Part shown: positions 54,982 to 64,000 of the stretch, one piece after another
Layout of the letters: each line of letters begins with the position of its first letter
Numbering within the stretch: the stretch's first letter is position 1
DNA from: an uncultured Candidatus Saccharibacteria bacterium
GTDB lineage: Bacteria > Patescibacteriota > Minisyncoccia > Phycocordibacterales > UBA2100
Direction: 5' to 3'
Assembly (NCBI GenBank): GCA_964633425.1
Contig: CAZWFX010000003.1
Span: forward strand, 32,357 to 96,356
Length of the DNA stretch: 64,000 nt
Position numbers and translations under genes: made by a program
The notes under the pieces: model-generated
What the model saw: only the letters and a program-made list of their open reading frames with translations
Database searches by the model: none
What the model was told of the DNA's origin: nothing

Positions 54982-55116
54982 ATGGCAAAAAACCCCATCG
55001 AAGGATCGCAGCGAATGAAGAAGAATCTTGGTTCGAAGACTCCCGCGCGCGTAGCGCCGCGAATGCAGAATAATCGCGGCCAGGGTGGAAAGGGTGGCAA
55101 GAAGGGCGGCCGCTAA
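54982..55116 (+). CDS. possible small basic Gly/Lys-rich protein (44 aa)
   Basis: MAKNPIEGSQRMKKNLGSKTPARVAPRMQNNRGQGGKGGKKGGR. It lies 10 nt after the tyrS stop and is below the ORF-track cut-off. No homology recognised. Confidence 0.3.
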   Translation: MAKNPIEGSQRMKKNLGSKTPARVAPRMQNNRGQGGKGGKKGGR

Positions 55117-55137
55117 GGGATGTGCTAGTGTAGCTCC

Positions 55138-56370
55138 GTGAAGCGGCCAATATCATTGTCTATAGAGGCTACTGTGCCCGGCACACTCGCTCGTGCCGGC
55201 GTTTTGCATACGCCGCACGGGGATATCAAGACCCCTGCATTTATGGGTGTGGCTACGAAGGCGACCGCAAAAGGCCTGGCATCATTTGATTTTAAAGACA
55301 TGGGTCTGCAGGGTCTTATTACGAACGCGTACCATTTGTATCTCACGCCGGGCGAAAAGATCGTCGAGGCAGCAGGCGGGGTTGCGAAATTCATGGCGTG
55401 GGACGGGCCTACCATGACCGATTCAGGGGGATTTCAGGTATTTTCTTTGGGTGTCGGTTTCGGCAAACAGGTTTCAAAGATCACCGAAGAAGAGAAGCCT
55501 CGAGATGCCGGTGTATCAGTCTACGACGAGGATATAGCAAGTGAGCACGGCAAGCTCGCGATTGTTGATGACGAAGGAGTTTCGTTCACGTCGCACCATG
55601 ACGGCTCACTGCACCGATTCACGCCCGAGCGGTCTATTGAGATCCAGCACGCGCTCGGCGCGGATATCATTTTTGCGTTCGATGAGTTCATTGCTCCTAC
55701 CGAACCGCACGCGGATCAGAAAGAATCGATGGACCGTACACACCGCTGGGCGGCACGCTCGCTGAGGGCGCACCGCGGAAACATCGAAGCGAACGACCGA
55801 CAAGGCATCTACGGCATTGTTCAGGGAGGTCGGTACGAGGATCTGCGCATCGAAAGTGCGACGGAGCTCGGAAACATGGATTTTGACGGGTACGGTATCG
55901 GCGGCACATTCAGCAAAGCGGACATCATCGGGATACTGAAGAAAGTGAACGAGATCCTTCCCTCCGAAAAGCCGCGCCACTTGCTGGGGATCGGCGAGCC
56001 GGAGGACATGTTCATCGGTGTCGAGGCCGGTATCGACACGTTCGACTGCGTGGTACCGACCAGAAACGGCCGTAACGGGACCGTCTACACTGAGGACGGT
56101 AAATTTTCGATAGAAAAGGCGCAGTTTGCCACCGATCTTTCTCCGATTGATCCTGCGTGCTCGTGCCGCGTCTGCGCGACCTATACACGCAGCTATGTGC
56201 ATCATTTGTTCCGCTCAAAGGAGATGTTAGGGATGGTGCTTGCTTCTATGCACAATATGCATTTTCTCGCCGATCTGACCGCCCGCATACGCGCGTCAAT
56301 CGTGGAGGGTAGGTTTACTGAGTTTCGCGATACGTTCCTCGAGCGGTACAAGGCTCGGAAGGGGGTGTAG
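55138..56370 (+). CDS. tgt: tRNA-guanine transglycosylase (queuine tRNA-ribosyltransferase)
   Basis: TDSGGFQVFSLG, LGIGEPEDM and the zinc site CSCRVCATYTRSYVHHL. GTG start. Confidence 0.9.
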   Translation: MKRPISLSIEATVPGTLARAGVLHTPHGDIKTPAFMGVATKATAKGLASFDFKDMGLQGLITNAYHLYLTPGEKIVEAAGGVAKFMAWDGPTMTDSGGFQVFSLGVGFGKQVSKITEEEKPRDAGVSVYDEDIASEHGKLAIVDDEGVSFTSHHDGSLHRFTPERSIEIQHALGADIIFAFDEFIAPTEPHADQKESMDRTHRWAARSLRAHRGNIEANDRQGIYGIVQGGRYEDLRIESATELGNMDFDGYGIGGTFSKADIIGILKKVNEILPSEKPRHLLGIGEPEDMFIGVEAGIDTFDCVVPTRNGRNGTVYTEDGKFSIEKAQFATDLSPIDPACSCRVCATYTRSYVHHLFRSKEMLGMVLASMHNMHFLADLTARIRASIVEGRFTEFRDTFLERYKARKGV

Positions 56371-56415
56371 AACGAAAAGGATGCTTCGGCAATCCAATTT
56401 TGCTAAAGTGCTTGG

Positions 56416-56535
56416 ATGGCCTTGAAAATAGTAAGCGACTACAAGCCGTCGGGCGATCACCCGGGACGCTGCTGCGTCCCAAGTGCAAGGCGCATTTCAG
56501 ATCGCAGATCGCGTGGTCGATATTTTGTATGCTAA
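56416..56535 (+). other. 39-codon upstream ORF carrying a degenerate duplicate of the uvrB 5' end
   Basis: MALKIVSDYKPSGDHPG... repeats the true UvrB N-terminus MLKIHSEYKPSGDQPK. By my hand alignment, 33 of 42 nt are identical between 56422-56463 and 56532-56573. It then diverges through the hairpin GGGACGC-TGCT-GCGTCCC (56463-56480). Its stop TAA overlaps the uvrB start (ATGCTAA). Confidence 0.5.
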
Positions 56536-58616
56536 AAATCCACAGCGAATACAAGCCGTCGGGAGATCAGCCGAAGGCAATCGAAGGACTCGTCTCTGGT
56601 ATCAAAAAAGGCGAGAAGCACCAGACGCTGCTCGGCGTAACGGGATCAGGCAAGACCTACTCGATCGCCAATGTAATAGAACAGATCGGCAAGCCGACAT
56701 TGGTTATCGCGCACAATAAAACACTCGCAGCGCAGCTTGCGAGTGAATACCGCGACTTCTTTCCTGATGCAGCGGTGCACTATTTCGTGTCCTACTACGA
56801 CTACTACCAGCCGGAGGCGTATGTGCCGGTGTCCGATACGTACATCGAAAAAGAGGCGATGATCAACGAAGACATCGAGCGACTTCGTCATGCTGCGACG
56901 CAGGCGCTGCTTACTCGCAAAGACGTGATCATTGTCGCATCGGTATCGTGCATTTACGGACTCGGTTCTCCGATCGAGTACGAGAAGGTGAATTTGAAGC
57001 TCGTCAAAGGTGAGCCGATGACCCGCGCAACGCTCACGCGAAAACTGATCGGTATCTACTTTGATCGTGTGGCCGGAGATTTGTCTCCCGGAACGTTTCG
57101 GGCCCTCGGCTCCCGCGTCGAGATCATGCCGGCGTCTGAGCGCGTGATTTACAGGCTCGACCTCACCGGAGGCGTGATCGCAAAAATTGAAGAGATCAAT
57201 GCCGTGACGCGAGAGATTATGAGCGAACAACCCGCTGTTTTCATGTTCCCCGCGCGCCAGTACGTCACGCCGAAAGACGTGCAGGACGCGGCACTCAAGG
57301 ATATTCAGATTGAACTGGAGGACCGTTTAAAGGTCTTGGGTGAGCAGGGAAAAATCCTCGAGGCCGAACGCCTCAAGCGCCGCACACGACAGGACATCGG
57401 CATGATTAAGGAGTTCGGTTTTTGTAACGGCATCGAGAACTACTCGAGACACTTTGACCGTCGTGCCCCGGGCGAGCCCCCGTACACGCTTATGAGTTAT
57501 TTTCCGCACGCGGCAGACGGAACGCCCGAATTTCTTACCGTTATAGACGAATCCCACGTGACGATCCCGCAGATCGGAGGCATGTATGCGGGCGATCGCG
57601 CACGTAAAGACATGCTGATCGAGCATGGGTTTCGCTTGCCCTCGGCGGTTGATAACCGTCCGCTCAATTTCAAGGAATTCGAGGAACGCGTCGGTCAAAC
57701 CATTTACACCTCTGCAACGCCGGGTAAATACGAGATCGAGAAGAGCGGCGAGCCGATACAGATGGTTATTCGCCCGACCGGCCTCATCGATCCGGAGATC
57801 ATCGTGCGCCCGGTCGTAAGCGGCGGGTCTGACACGCTCACCGGGGCGGAATACCCCGGTCAAGTGCGTGACTTCATTCGTGAAGCGGAAGCGGTCACCG
57901 CGAAGGGTGCGCGCTCAATGGTAACGGTCCTCACGAAAAAAATGGCCGAAGACCTGACGACCTTCTTGATAGAAAAGCAGATCCGTGCGAAATACGTGCA
58001 CAGTGATGTAAAGACCATCGACCGTATCGAGATCCTGACCGATTTCCGTAAGGGGGAGTTCGACGTGCTTGTCGGAGTGAACCTGTTGCGTGAGGGTCTC
58101 GATCTACCGGAAGTAGAGCTCGTCGGTATCCTTGATGCCGACAAGGAAGGCTTTCTCCGCAGTGAGACGTCCCTCATCCAAACCATCGGGCGAGCAGCAC
58201 GAAACGTGAACGGCAGAGTGCTTCTGTATGCGGACTCTCACACCGGTTCCATGGACCGTGCGATCGGTGAGACCAATCGCCGTCGCACGATTCAGATGGC
58301 CTATAATGCGAAGCACGGCATAACGCCGGAGACGGTCAAGAAAAAGATCGCAGATATCATCGGAGACATTCAGCGCGCCCGCGGCCGTGCCGTAGACAAC
58401 CTGGTAGAGGCAGACCTCAATGCGTACGGCGGTGATGTGAAAAAGCTCATCGCAGAAAAAAGGCGCCAAATGCACGACGCCGCTGACGGTCTCGACTTTG
58501 AAACAGCGGCACTGCTCCGCGACGAGATCCAAAAGCTTGAAGCGGAGGTTCGCGAGGAAAAGAAAGATAAAAAAGACAAAACAAGTACGACCGCAAAGAA
58601 AAAGAAGACCTCATAA
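56529..58616 (+). CDS. uvrB: excinuclease ABC subunit B
   Basis: YKPSGDQPKAIEGL...HQTLLGVTGSGKTY, helicase motifs and a C-terminal UVR domain (FETAALLRDEIQKLE). I chose the Met at 56529 by homology of the N-terminus. Confidence 0.9.
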   Translation: MLKIHSEYKPSGDQPKAIEGLVSGIKKGEKHQTLLGVTGSGKTYSIANVIEQIGKPTLVIAHNKTLAAQLASEYRDFFPDAAVHYFVSYYDYYQPEAYVPVSDTYIEKEAMINEDIERLRHAATQALLTRKDVIIVASVSCIYGLGSPIEYEKVNLKLVKGEPMTRATLTRKLIGIYFDRVAGDLSPGTFRALGSRVEIMPASERVIYRLDLTGGVIAKIEEINAVTREIMSEQPAVFMFPARQYVTPKDVQDAALKDIQIELEDRLKVLGEQGKILEAERLKRRTRQDIGMIKEFGFCNGIENYSRHFDRRAPGEPPYTLMSYFPHAADGTPEFLTVIDESHVTIPQIGGMYAGDRARKDMLIEHGFRLPSAVDNRPLNFKEFEERVGQTIYTSATPGKYEIEKSGEPIQMVIRPTGLIDPEIIVRPVVSGGSDTLTGAEYPGQVRDFIREAEAVTAKGARSMVTVLTKKMAEDLTTFLIEKQIRAKYVHSDVKTIDRIEILTDFRKGEFDVLVGVNLLREGLDLPEVELVGILDADKEGFLRSETSLIQTIGRAARNVNGRVLLYADSHTGSMDRAIGETNRRRTIQMAYNAKHGITPETVKKKIADIIGDIQRARGRAVDNLVEADLNAYGGDVKKLIAEKRRQMHDAADGLDFETAALLRDEIQKLEAEVREEKKDKKDKTSTTAKKKKTS

Positions 58617-58618
58617 CC

Positions 58619-59542
58619 ATGCCTGACCACATCAAAAAAAATGTTCCGCTTGCGCCGCTGACCACGTTCGAAATCGGCGGTGAGGCAAAGCGCCTCGTCG
58701 ACGTGCGAAACGACGGCGAGCTCATGGATGCGCTACGCTGGGCAGACGCCAATAGCGTGTCTGTCGTCCTTATAGCAGGCGGCAGCAATGTGCTCATACC
58801 GGACACGGGTATCGACGCGCTCGTAATCCGTATGAACGGCACAGAGCGGAAATTCGAGGGAACATCAGTGACCGCCCACGCCGGCTGCAGCCTGCTTGAT
58901 CTGATCAACGAGGCGTCATCGCTCGGACTCGGCGGCTGGGAGAAGCTTGCGGGCATACCGGGTTCGATCGGAGGTGCCGTACGGGGCAACGCAGGCGCAT
59001 TCGGTCCCGAGATCAAGGATTTTGTGCGTGAAGTTCATACCATCAACAAAGAAACGCGCGAACAGCGCCTGTTCGGCAAGGAACACTGCGAATTCGGCTA
59101 CCGTAGCAGCTATTTTAAACATCATCCCGAGTGGATCATTACGCATGTAACACTTGATCTGCAGGAGGCGGACATAGAGCTGTCGCAGAAATTGATCGCA
59201 GACACTATTGCCGAGCGCGAGAAGCGTCATTTGCAGAATGTGAACGCGGCGGGCTCGTTCTTTATGAACCCGGTCGCGCCGCCCGAGATAGTGGCGCTGT
59301 TCGAGCATGAAAAGGGGGTCAAGGCCCGCGAAAACCGAGTACCTGCGGGGTGGCTTATTGAAAAAGCCGGTATGAAAGGGCATGTCGTGGGCGGCGCTAT
59401 TGCAAGCCTTCAGCACCCCAATTACATCGTCAATCAGGGCAACGCCACGTCGCAGGACGTACGCAATCTGGCTGCCGCTATCAAGCAAGAGGTCTTCAAT
59501 CGTTTCGGGATTGAGCTCCAGGAGGAGGCCGCATTGCTGTAA
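58619..59542 (+). CDS. murB: UDP-N-acetylenolpyruvoylglucosamine reductase
   Basis: PLAPLTTFEIGGEA, GGGSNVL, GIPGSIGGAVRGNAGAFG and GSFFMNP motifs. Confidence 0.9.
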   Translation: MPDHIKKNVPLAPLTTFEIGGEAKRLVDVRNDGELMDALRWADANSVSVVLIAGGSNVLIPDTGIDALVIRMNGTERKFEGTSVTAHAGCSLLDLINEASSLGLGGWEKLAGIPGSIGGAVRGNAGAFGPEIKDFVREVHTINKETREQRLFGKEHCEFGYRSSYFKHHPEWIITHVTLDLQEADIELSQKLIADTIAEREKRHLQNVNAAGSFFMNPVAPPEIVALFEHEKGVKARENRVPAGWLIEKAGMKGHVVGGAIASLQHPNYIVNQGNATSQDVRNLAAAIKQEVFNRFGIELQEEAALL

Positions 59543-59563
59543 TCGTGCGGCCTAGCGAAAAGC

Positions 59564-59589
59564 AAAAGGCGCGTCGTGCGCGCCTTTTC
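59564..59589. terminator. bidirectional rho-independent terminator
   Basis: AAAAGGCGCG-TCGTG-CGCGCCTTTT. Confidence 0.75.
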
Positions 59590-59604
59590 TCTCATGTGCA
59601 ATCC

Positions 59605-59988
59605 TTACGAGGTAAGCGGAATCTGCATGCATTGGTATAGACGGATCTTCTTCCATCCGCGCGCTCTCGCCGCCTGACGGGCGGCAGAGGCACTCTCTGC
59701 TGCAAAGACCGTGTCGCGACTGTGTGCACCGTCGGTACCTGTCTGAATGAAGAGTCCGCGGGTCGTGCGCCCTCGAACGGTAACAAGCGGTTCCGAACTC
59801 TTGTCGCCGAGTTCATCGATGAGGCATTCGACACGATAGAGCGAGGTGCTCGCCCTGCGCGAATCGAGTTTGTCACACCTCGCAACCTCGAGCCGAGCCT
59901 CTGCGTCCGTCGATGCATGGGGCAAAAATAGAATTCCGACGTCGCCAAGCCCCTGTACGGCGACGGCATACCTGTAGACCCACGTCAT
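59605..59988 (-). CDS. hypothetical protein (127 aa), no family recognised
   Basis: GGGAG SD lies 7 nt upstream of the ATG (59988). This frame is more protein-like than the overlapping R-rich 125-aa frame. Confidence 0.5.
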   Translation of the reverse strand: MTWVYRYAVAVQGLGDVGILFLPHASTDAEARLEVARCDKLDSRRASTSLYRVECLIDELGDKSSEPLVTVRGRTTRGLFIQTGTDGAHSRDTVFAAESASAARQAARARGWKKIRLYQCMQIPLTS

Positions 59989-60109
59989 TGCTCACTCCCT
60001 GTAGCCTTCTCTGTATTGAACGTACAGACAGATCGCGGAGATGTCAAAAACCGCCCTGTGGTATAGTTGCCCATACAAACCCCATGCGTCACGCGCGGGG
60101 AAGATTCGT

Positions 60110-62773
60110 ATGGCAAAAGAAGACAAAGGACAACCTGACAAAGACAAGATTGTGATTAAGGGTGCTCGCACGCACAACCTCAAGAATGTGAGTGTGGAGA
60201 TGCCTCGAAATAAGATGGTTGTGTTCACGGGTCTTTCGGGATCCGGCAAGTCATCGCTCGCATTCGACACTATTTTCGCAGAGGGTCAGCGTAAGTACGT
60301 TGAATCGCTCTCCGCGTATGCTCGTCAATTTCTGCGCCAAATGCAAAAACCGGATGTTGACGAGATATCGGGTCTTTCACCGGCAATTTCCATTGACCAA
60401 AAGTCGCGATCGAACAACCCGCGCTCAACGGTTGCAACCATAACCGAGATCTACGACTATCTCCGTGTCATGTATGCGCGCGTGGGACATCCGCACTGCC
60501 CGATTTGCGGCCGCGAAGTGCGCAAACTCTCGAGCGAAGAGATCCTCGAAACCATACTTGAAATCGTCGAGGCGTCTCCGCGATCCGCAAAAAAAGATGC
60601 GAAGCTCACGAAAGGAGTTTCTGATGCTAAAGTTCGCATAACGTCGCCGGTTGTTGTCGGCAGAAAAGGCGAGTACTACCAGTTGCTCTACGACCTGTTG
60701 AATAAGGGATTTGAAAAGGTGATTGTCGACGGGAAAGAGCTTTCTTTGCGCGAGCGTATCGTGCTTTCAAAGAACGACCGTCACGATATCGACGTGGTTA
60801 TAGACGAACTGTTTGTTTCCGAATTCAAGGATGATCCCAAGGGCACGCACGAGCGTGCGTCCGAAGCGATCGAGCGAGCGCTGCATGAATCTGACGGACT
60901 CGTGCGTATCCTGGATGCGAACGGCGAGAGTCGAATCGTCTCGGCAAAGTTCATGTGTCCGTACGACGGATTCTCGTTCCCCGAAGTAGAACCGCGACTG
61001 TTCTCGTTTAATTCGCCATACGGTGCATGTCCCGAATGCAAGGGTCTTGGAACCAAGTACCTGTTCTCGGACGAGAACTGCGAGGTCTGTAACGGCGCGC
61101 GTCTGCGACCGGAGGCGTTGAACGTATTTCTGGGTCCGGTAAAAGCACCTGCAGATCACAGCGGTCCGGCAACAGGCATGAACATCGTGCAGCTCGCATC
61201 ACTTTCCATCGAGGACGCACAGAAGTTTTTTGACGCATTGAAGCTGACCGCTAAGGAGCGTGAGATCTCCAAGGTTGTGATTAAGGAGATCACGAGTCGC
61301 CTACAATTCATGCTGAATGTAGGTATCGAATATCTGACGCTCGACCGAAAGGCGAATACGCTTTCCGGTGGAGAGGCACAGCGTATCCGTCTGGCCTCCC
61401 AGCTCGGCTCAGGACTCGTGGGAGCACTCTATGTGCTCGACGAGCCGACGATCGGCCTTCACCAGCGCGATAACGAGAAACTGATCGAAACACTGAAGCA
61501 TTTGCGGGACCTCGGTAACACGGTGCTCGTTGTCGAGCATGATGAAGATACGATCTATGCGTCTGACTACATCATCGATATCGGCCCCGGCGCAGGAACG
61601 CATGGCGGCAACATTGTCGTTTCCGGTTGGCTTGATGAGCTTTTGACTGCAAAAAAGAATACGTCCGGTTCCAGTACGCTCGCGTACCTTCGAGAGGAAA
61701 AAATGGTTGAAGTACCTGAGCGACGCCGCACATCGGACAAGGGCAAGATCAAGATCCGGGGTGCCAACAAATTCAGTCTGAAGAATGTGAACGTCGATAT
61801 TCCGCTGGGTAAGCTCGTTTGTATCACGGGTGTCTCGGGCTCGGGCAAGTCAACGTTCCTCTACGAGATTGTGCACCGCAACCTTCAGGCGCGTTTTGAT
61901 AAACGATTCCGTACAGCCAAGCTCTACAATGTTAAGGAATTCACCGGCACTGAGTATCTCGGGCGATCCATACTTATCGACCAGTCAGCAATCGGTCGGA
62001 CACCGCGATCCAATCCTGCCACGTACACGGGTGCATGGACGCATATCCGCGATATGTTCGCGATGAGTGAAGAGGCGCGCGCTCGCGGTTGGGGACCCGG
62101 ACGATTTTCGTTCAATGTGAAAGGCGGGCGCTGTGAAGCGTGTCAGGGTAACGGTCTTGTCGCGGTGGAAATGCATTTCTTGCCGACCGTCTACGTAACG
62201 TGTGATGTCTGTATGGGCAAGCGCTTTATGAAGGAGACGCTGGAGGTGAAATACAAGAAGAAGAGCATTCACGACGTGCTTTCGATGACCGTTGAAGAGG
62301 CGAAAGAATTCTTCGATGATATTCCTGCGATCGCGGACAGATTGCAGTCATTGCTTGATGTCGGATTGAGCTACCTGGAGCTGGGGCAGAGCGCAACAAC
62401 GCTTTCGGGTGGAGAAGCGCAGCGCGTCAAAATTGCTTCAGAACTATACCGTCCGCATATCACCAAGAGCATCTATCTGCTCGACGAACCGACGGTGGGT
62501 CTGCACTATGACGATGTCGCAAAGCTCATCGACATCCTTCAGAAACTCGTAGATCGGGGGAACACCGTCGTGGTAATTGAACACAATCTTGATGTGCTGA
62601 AGTCGGCCGACTACATCATTGATATGGGGCCAGAGGGCGGTGAGGGGGGAGGTAAGCTCGTTGCTCACGGCACACCCGAGGAGGTGTCTCGTACGGAAGG
62701 CTCTCATACAGGATACTACCTGAAAAAGTTGCTTAAGAAGCACAAAAAAGTTCTGGAGGATGACGAGGAATAA
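60110..62773 (+). CDS. uvrA: excinuclease ABC subunit A
   Basis: [12 protein letters not shown]...[17 protein letters not shown], zinc modules (CPICG, CPECKG, CEACQG..CDVC), LSGGEAQR twice and a second Walker [11 protein letters not shown] chose the Met at 60110. Confidence 0.9.
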   Translation: MAKEDKGQPDKDKIVIKGARTHNLKNVSVEMPRNKMVVFTGLSGSGKSSLAFDTIFAEGQRKYVESLSAYARQFLRQMQKPDVDEISGLSPAISIDQKSRSNNPRSTVATITEIYDYLRVMYARVGHPHCPICGREVRKLSSEEILETILEIVEASPRSAKKDAKLTKGVSDAKVRITSPVVVGRKGEYYQLLYDLLNKGFEKVIVDGKELSLRERIVLSKNDRHDIDVVIDELFVSEFKDDPKGTHERASEAIERALHESDGLVRILDANGESRIVSAKFMCPYDGFSFPEVEPRLFSFNSPYGACPECKGLGTKYLFSDENCEVCNGARLRPEALNVFLGPVKAPADHSGPATGMNIVQLASLSIEDAQKFFDALKLTAKEREISKVVIKEITSRLQFMLNVGIEYLTLDRKANTLSGGEAQRIRLASQLGSGLVGALYVLDEPTIGLHQRDNEKLIETLKHLRDLGNTVLVVEHDEDTIYASDYIIDIGPGAGTHGGNIVVSGWLDELLTAKKNTSGSSTLAYLREEKMVEVPERRRTSDKGKIKIRGANKFSLKNVNVDIPLGKLVCITGVSGSGKSTFLYEIVHRNLQARFDKRFRTAKLYNVKEFTGTEYLGRSILIDQSAIGRTPRSNPATYTGAWTHIRDMFAMSEEARARGWGPGRFSFNVKGGRCEACQGNGLVAVEMHFLPTVYVTCDVCMGKRFMKETLEVKYKKKSIHDVLSMTVEEAKEFFDDIPAIADRLQSLLDVGLSYLELGQSATTLSGGEAQRVKIASELYRPHITKSIYLLDEPTVGLHYDDVAKLIDILQKLVDRGNTVVVIEHNLDVLKSADYIIDMGPEGGEGGGKLVAHGTPEEVSRTEGSHTGYYLKKLLKKHKKVLEDDEE

Positions 62774-62778
62774 AAGGA

Positions 62779-62808
62779 AAAAGGCCGCCTATGAAGGCGG
62801 TCTTTTTT
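62779..62808 (+). terminator. rho-independent terminator
   Basis: AAAAAGGCCGCC-TATGAA-GGCGGTCTTTTTT. Confidence 0.8.
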
Positions 62809-62820
62809 ACTCATCGCAGA

Positions 62821-63150
62821 TCAATGTCCGCGCAGACGATGGACCTGTCCTGTGAACGTGGCGTTCACGCCGCATTTCCAGTCGTGACCCCGTTTCGTGA
62901 GACGGTATTCCCGGTCAAGCGGCTGCGCACAGCAGGCAAGCGCTTTCGATCGTGCGCCGGGTAGTACCGCTTCCGCATACCCGTATGTGCAGAGCTCGGT
63001 CAGACCGGAAATGACGTCGCTTTTCACCGCCGTCTCGCAACGGCGCAGCTCTCGTGCAACGACGCCAATCAGTTCGTGGCCGCGAATGAGTCGCGTCTGT
63101 TCAAGCTGCACCGCGATCACGCGTGCAGATGCTCCAAGTTTCTCCGACAT
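62821..63150 (-). CDS. hypothetical Cys-containing protein (109 aa) downstream of carB
   Basis: ORF lies 19 nt after the carB stop on the same strand. No family recognised. Confidence 0.45.
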   Translation of the reverse strand: MSEKLGASARVIAVQLEQTRLIRGHELIGVVARELRRCETAVKSDVISGLTELCTYGYAEAVLPGARSKALACCAQPLDREYRLTKRGHDWKCGVNATFTGQVHRLRGH

Positions 63151-63169
63151 CGGTTCATTCCCCTTTACA

Positions 63170-64000
63170 CTACTGTGAACTGTACTCCTTCCAGTGCTTT
63201 ACGGTCAATTTCTTTCCGTGAATTTCAAAGAGAGCGGTCACGAATGCTTCTGCCAACTGACGGTTGGTAATGAGCGGAATATTCATGTCAACGGCATGGC
63301 GCCGGATGATAAAGCCGTCCTTGGGTTCACGTGCAAGCGCACGCGCAGGGATATTAATGATGAGATCAAGTGAATCCCAGAAGTCATCGACGTTCGGGTG
63401 TTTTTTGCTGTGCAACTTGAATACACGTTTACACTTTACGCCGTTCTCTTTCAGGAAGTCCGCCGTATGTTCGGTGGCGATGAGATTGTAGCCCAGTTCG
63501 GACAGTGTACGGATTGAAGGGAGCAGCTTCACCTTATTCTCCTCTTTCCCGAGGCTGAGGAGAATATTCTTTTTAGGCAGACGGAATCCTGCCGCCATCA
63601 TTGATTTGATGAGTGCTTCGTAATATGAGTCACCGAAGCACGCGACTTCGCCGGTCGAAGCCATTTCCACGTAGTGGATCGGATCGGCTCCCTTGATACG
63701 GTTGTAGGAGAATTGGGGTGACTTTACGGCAACGGTATCGAGTTCGACGGTTCGATAATCGCCCGCAACGTTCTGTCCGAGCATGGCTCGTATCGCAATA
63801 TCGATGAAGTTATATCCCGTAACCTTTGATACGAACGGGAAGCTGCGGGAGGCGCGTACGTTGCACTCGATTACCATCAGGTGATTATCTTTCGCGAGAA
63901 ACTGCATGTTGAACGGCCCTGTTATGTTGAGTGACCGTACGATGTCTTTCGTGATGTGTTTGGCCCGGCGAATGGTCTCGAGATAGGTGCGTTGCGGCGG
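63170..64000 (-). CDS. carB: carbamoyl-phosphate synthase large subunit, C-terminal part (5' end outside window)
   Basis: NITGPFNMQFLAKDNHLMVIECNVRASRSFPFVSKVTGYNFIDIA..., followed by the MGS-like allosteric domain. The reading frame stays open to the window edge. Confidence 0.85.
   Translation of the reverse strand, partial: PPQRTYLETIRRAKHITKDIVRSLNITGPFNMQFLAKDNHLMVIECNVRASRSFPFVSKVTGYNFIDIAIRAMLGQNVAGDYRTVELDTVAVKSPQFSYNRIKGADPIHYVEMASTGEVACFGDSYYEALIKSMMAAGFRLPKKNILLSLGKEENKVKLLPSIRTLSELGYNLIATEHTADFLKENGVKCKRVFKLHSKKHPNVDDFWDSLDLIINIPARALAREPKDGFIIRRHAVDMNIPLITNRQLAEAFVTALFEIHGKKLTVKHWKEYSSQ

Noticed and set aside
59592-59969. Alternative 125-aa minus-strand ORF and 69-aa plus-strand ORF overlapping the orphan gene.
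   Set aside because: Their translations are Arg/Ser/Pro-rich and noise-like, and they lack an SD. The 59605-59988 frame has GGGAG at the right distance.
1-64000. Search for tRNA, rRNA, tmRNA, RNase P, SRP RNA, transposases, integrases and CRISPR arrays.
   Set aside because: Intergenic gaps are short, mostly under 250 nt. None shows tRNA T-arm or anticodon-arm features (the only GGTTCGAA-like strings lie inside CDSs). None shows conserved cores of the other RNAs that I can recognise by eye. No ORF resembles a recombinase. A covariance-model scan would be needed to be certain.

Overview
This is a gene-dense bacterial chromosomal window with about 60 protein-coding genes, mostly on the + strand. 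I found no rRNA, tRNA, CRISPR array, transposase or integrase.

From 6.5 to 64 kb the content is housekeeping plus envelope and transport functions:
- Housekeeping genes: trhO, engB, msrB, an RsuA/RluB-type pseudouridine synthase, an ABC-F ATPase, obg, folB, pyrB, lysS, tyrS, tgt, uvrB, murB, uvrA and the 3' part of carB.
- A PadR-PspC-SPFH stress cluster.
- An ECF sigma plus putative anti-sigma next to a MacAB-like pump, surrounded by DUF5666-like secreted paralogs.
- A MarR-MFP-RND pump operon, a P-type ATPase, a sortase and a VanY-type peptidase.

The many small secreted or membrane orphans, the recurrent leaderless-type promoters and the compact spacing suggest a small-genome lineage. It could be Patescibacteria/CPR-like or another leaderless-rich group; this cannot be proven from the window.

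The first ~6.5 kb stands out as a higher-GC block. It contains, in order:
- the 3' end of an ADP-ribosylglycohydrolase gene and an NrtR-like Nudix-wHTH regulator;
- an AT-rich divergent control region with a helically phased array of TGACA(G)TGT motifs;
- a three-gene operon encoding an orphan 397-aa helical protein, a kinase-fold protein with all catalytic residues replaced and a J-domain-like N-terminus, and a vWA-DUF2135/YfaP-like fusion;
- a divergent PurA-family ligase with an altered aspartate-binding loop, reached across a terminator that leaves no room for a promoter.

I cannot match this combination to any described system and flag it as the best candidate for something new. Its function is inference only; one possibility is a signalling or conflict module linked to ADP-ribose or a modified purine nucleotide.
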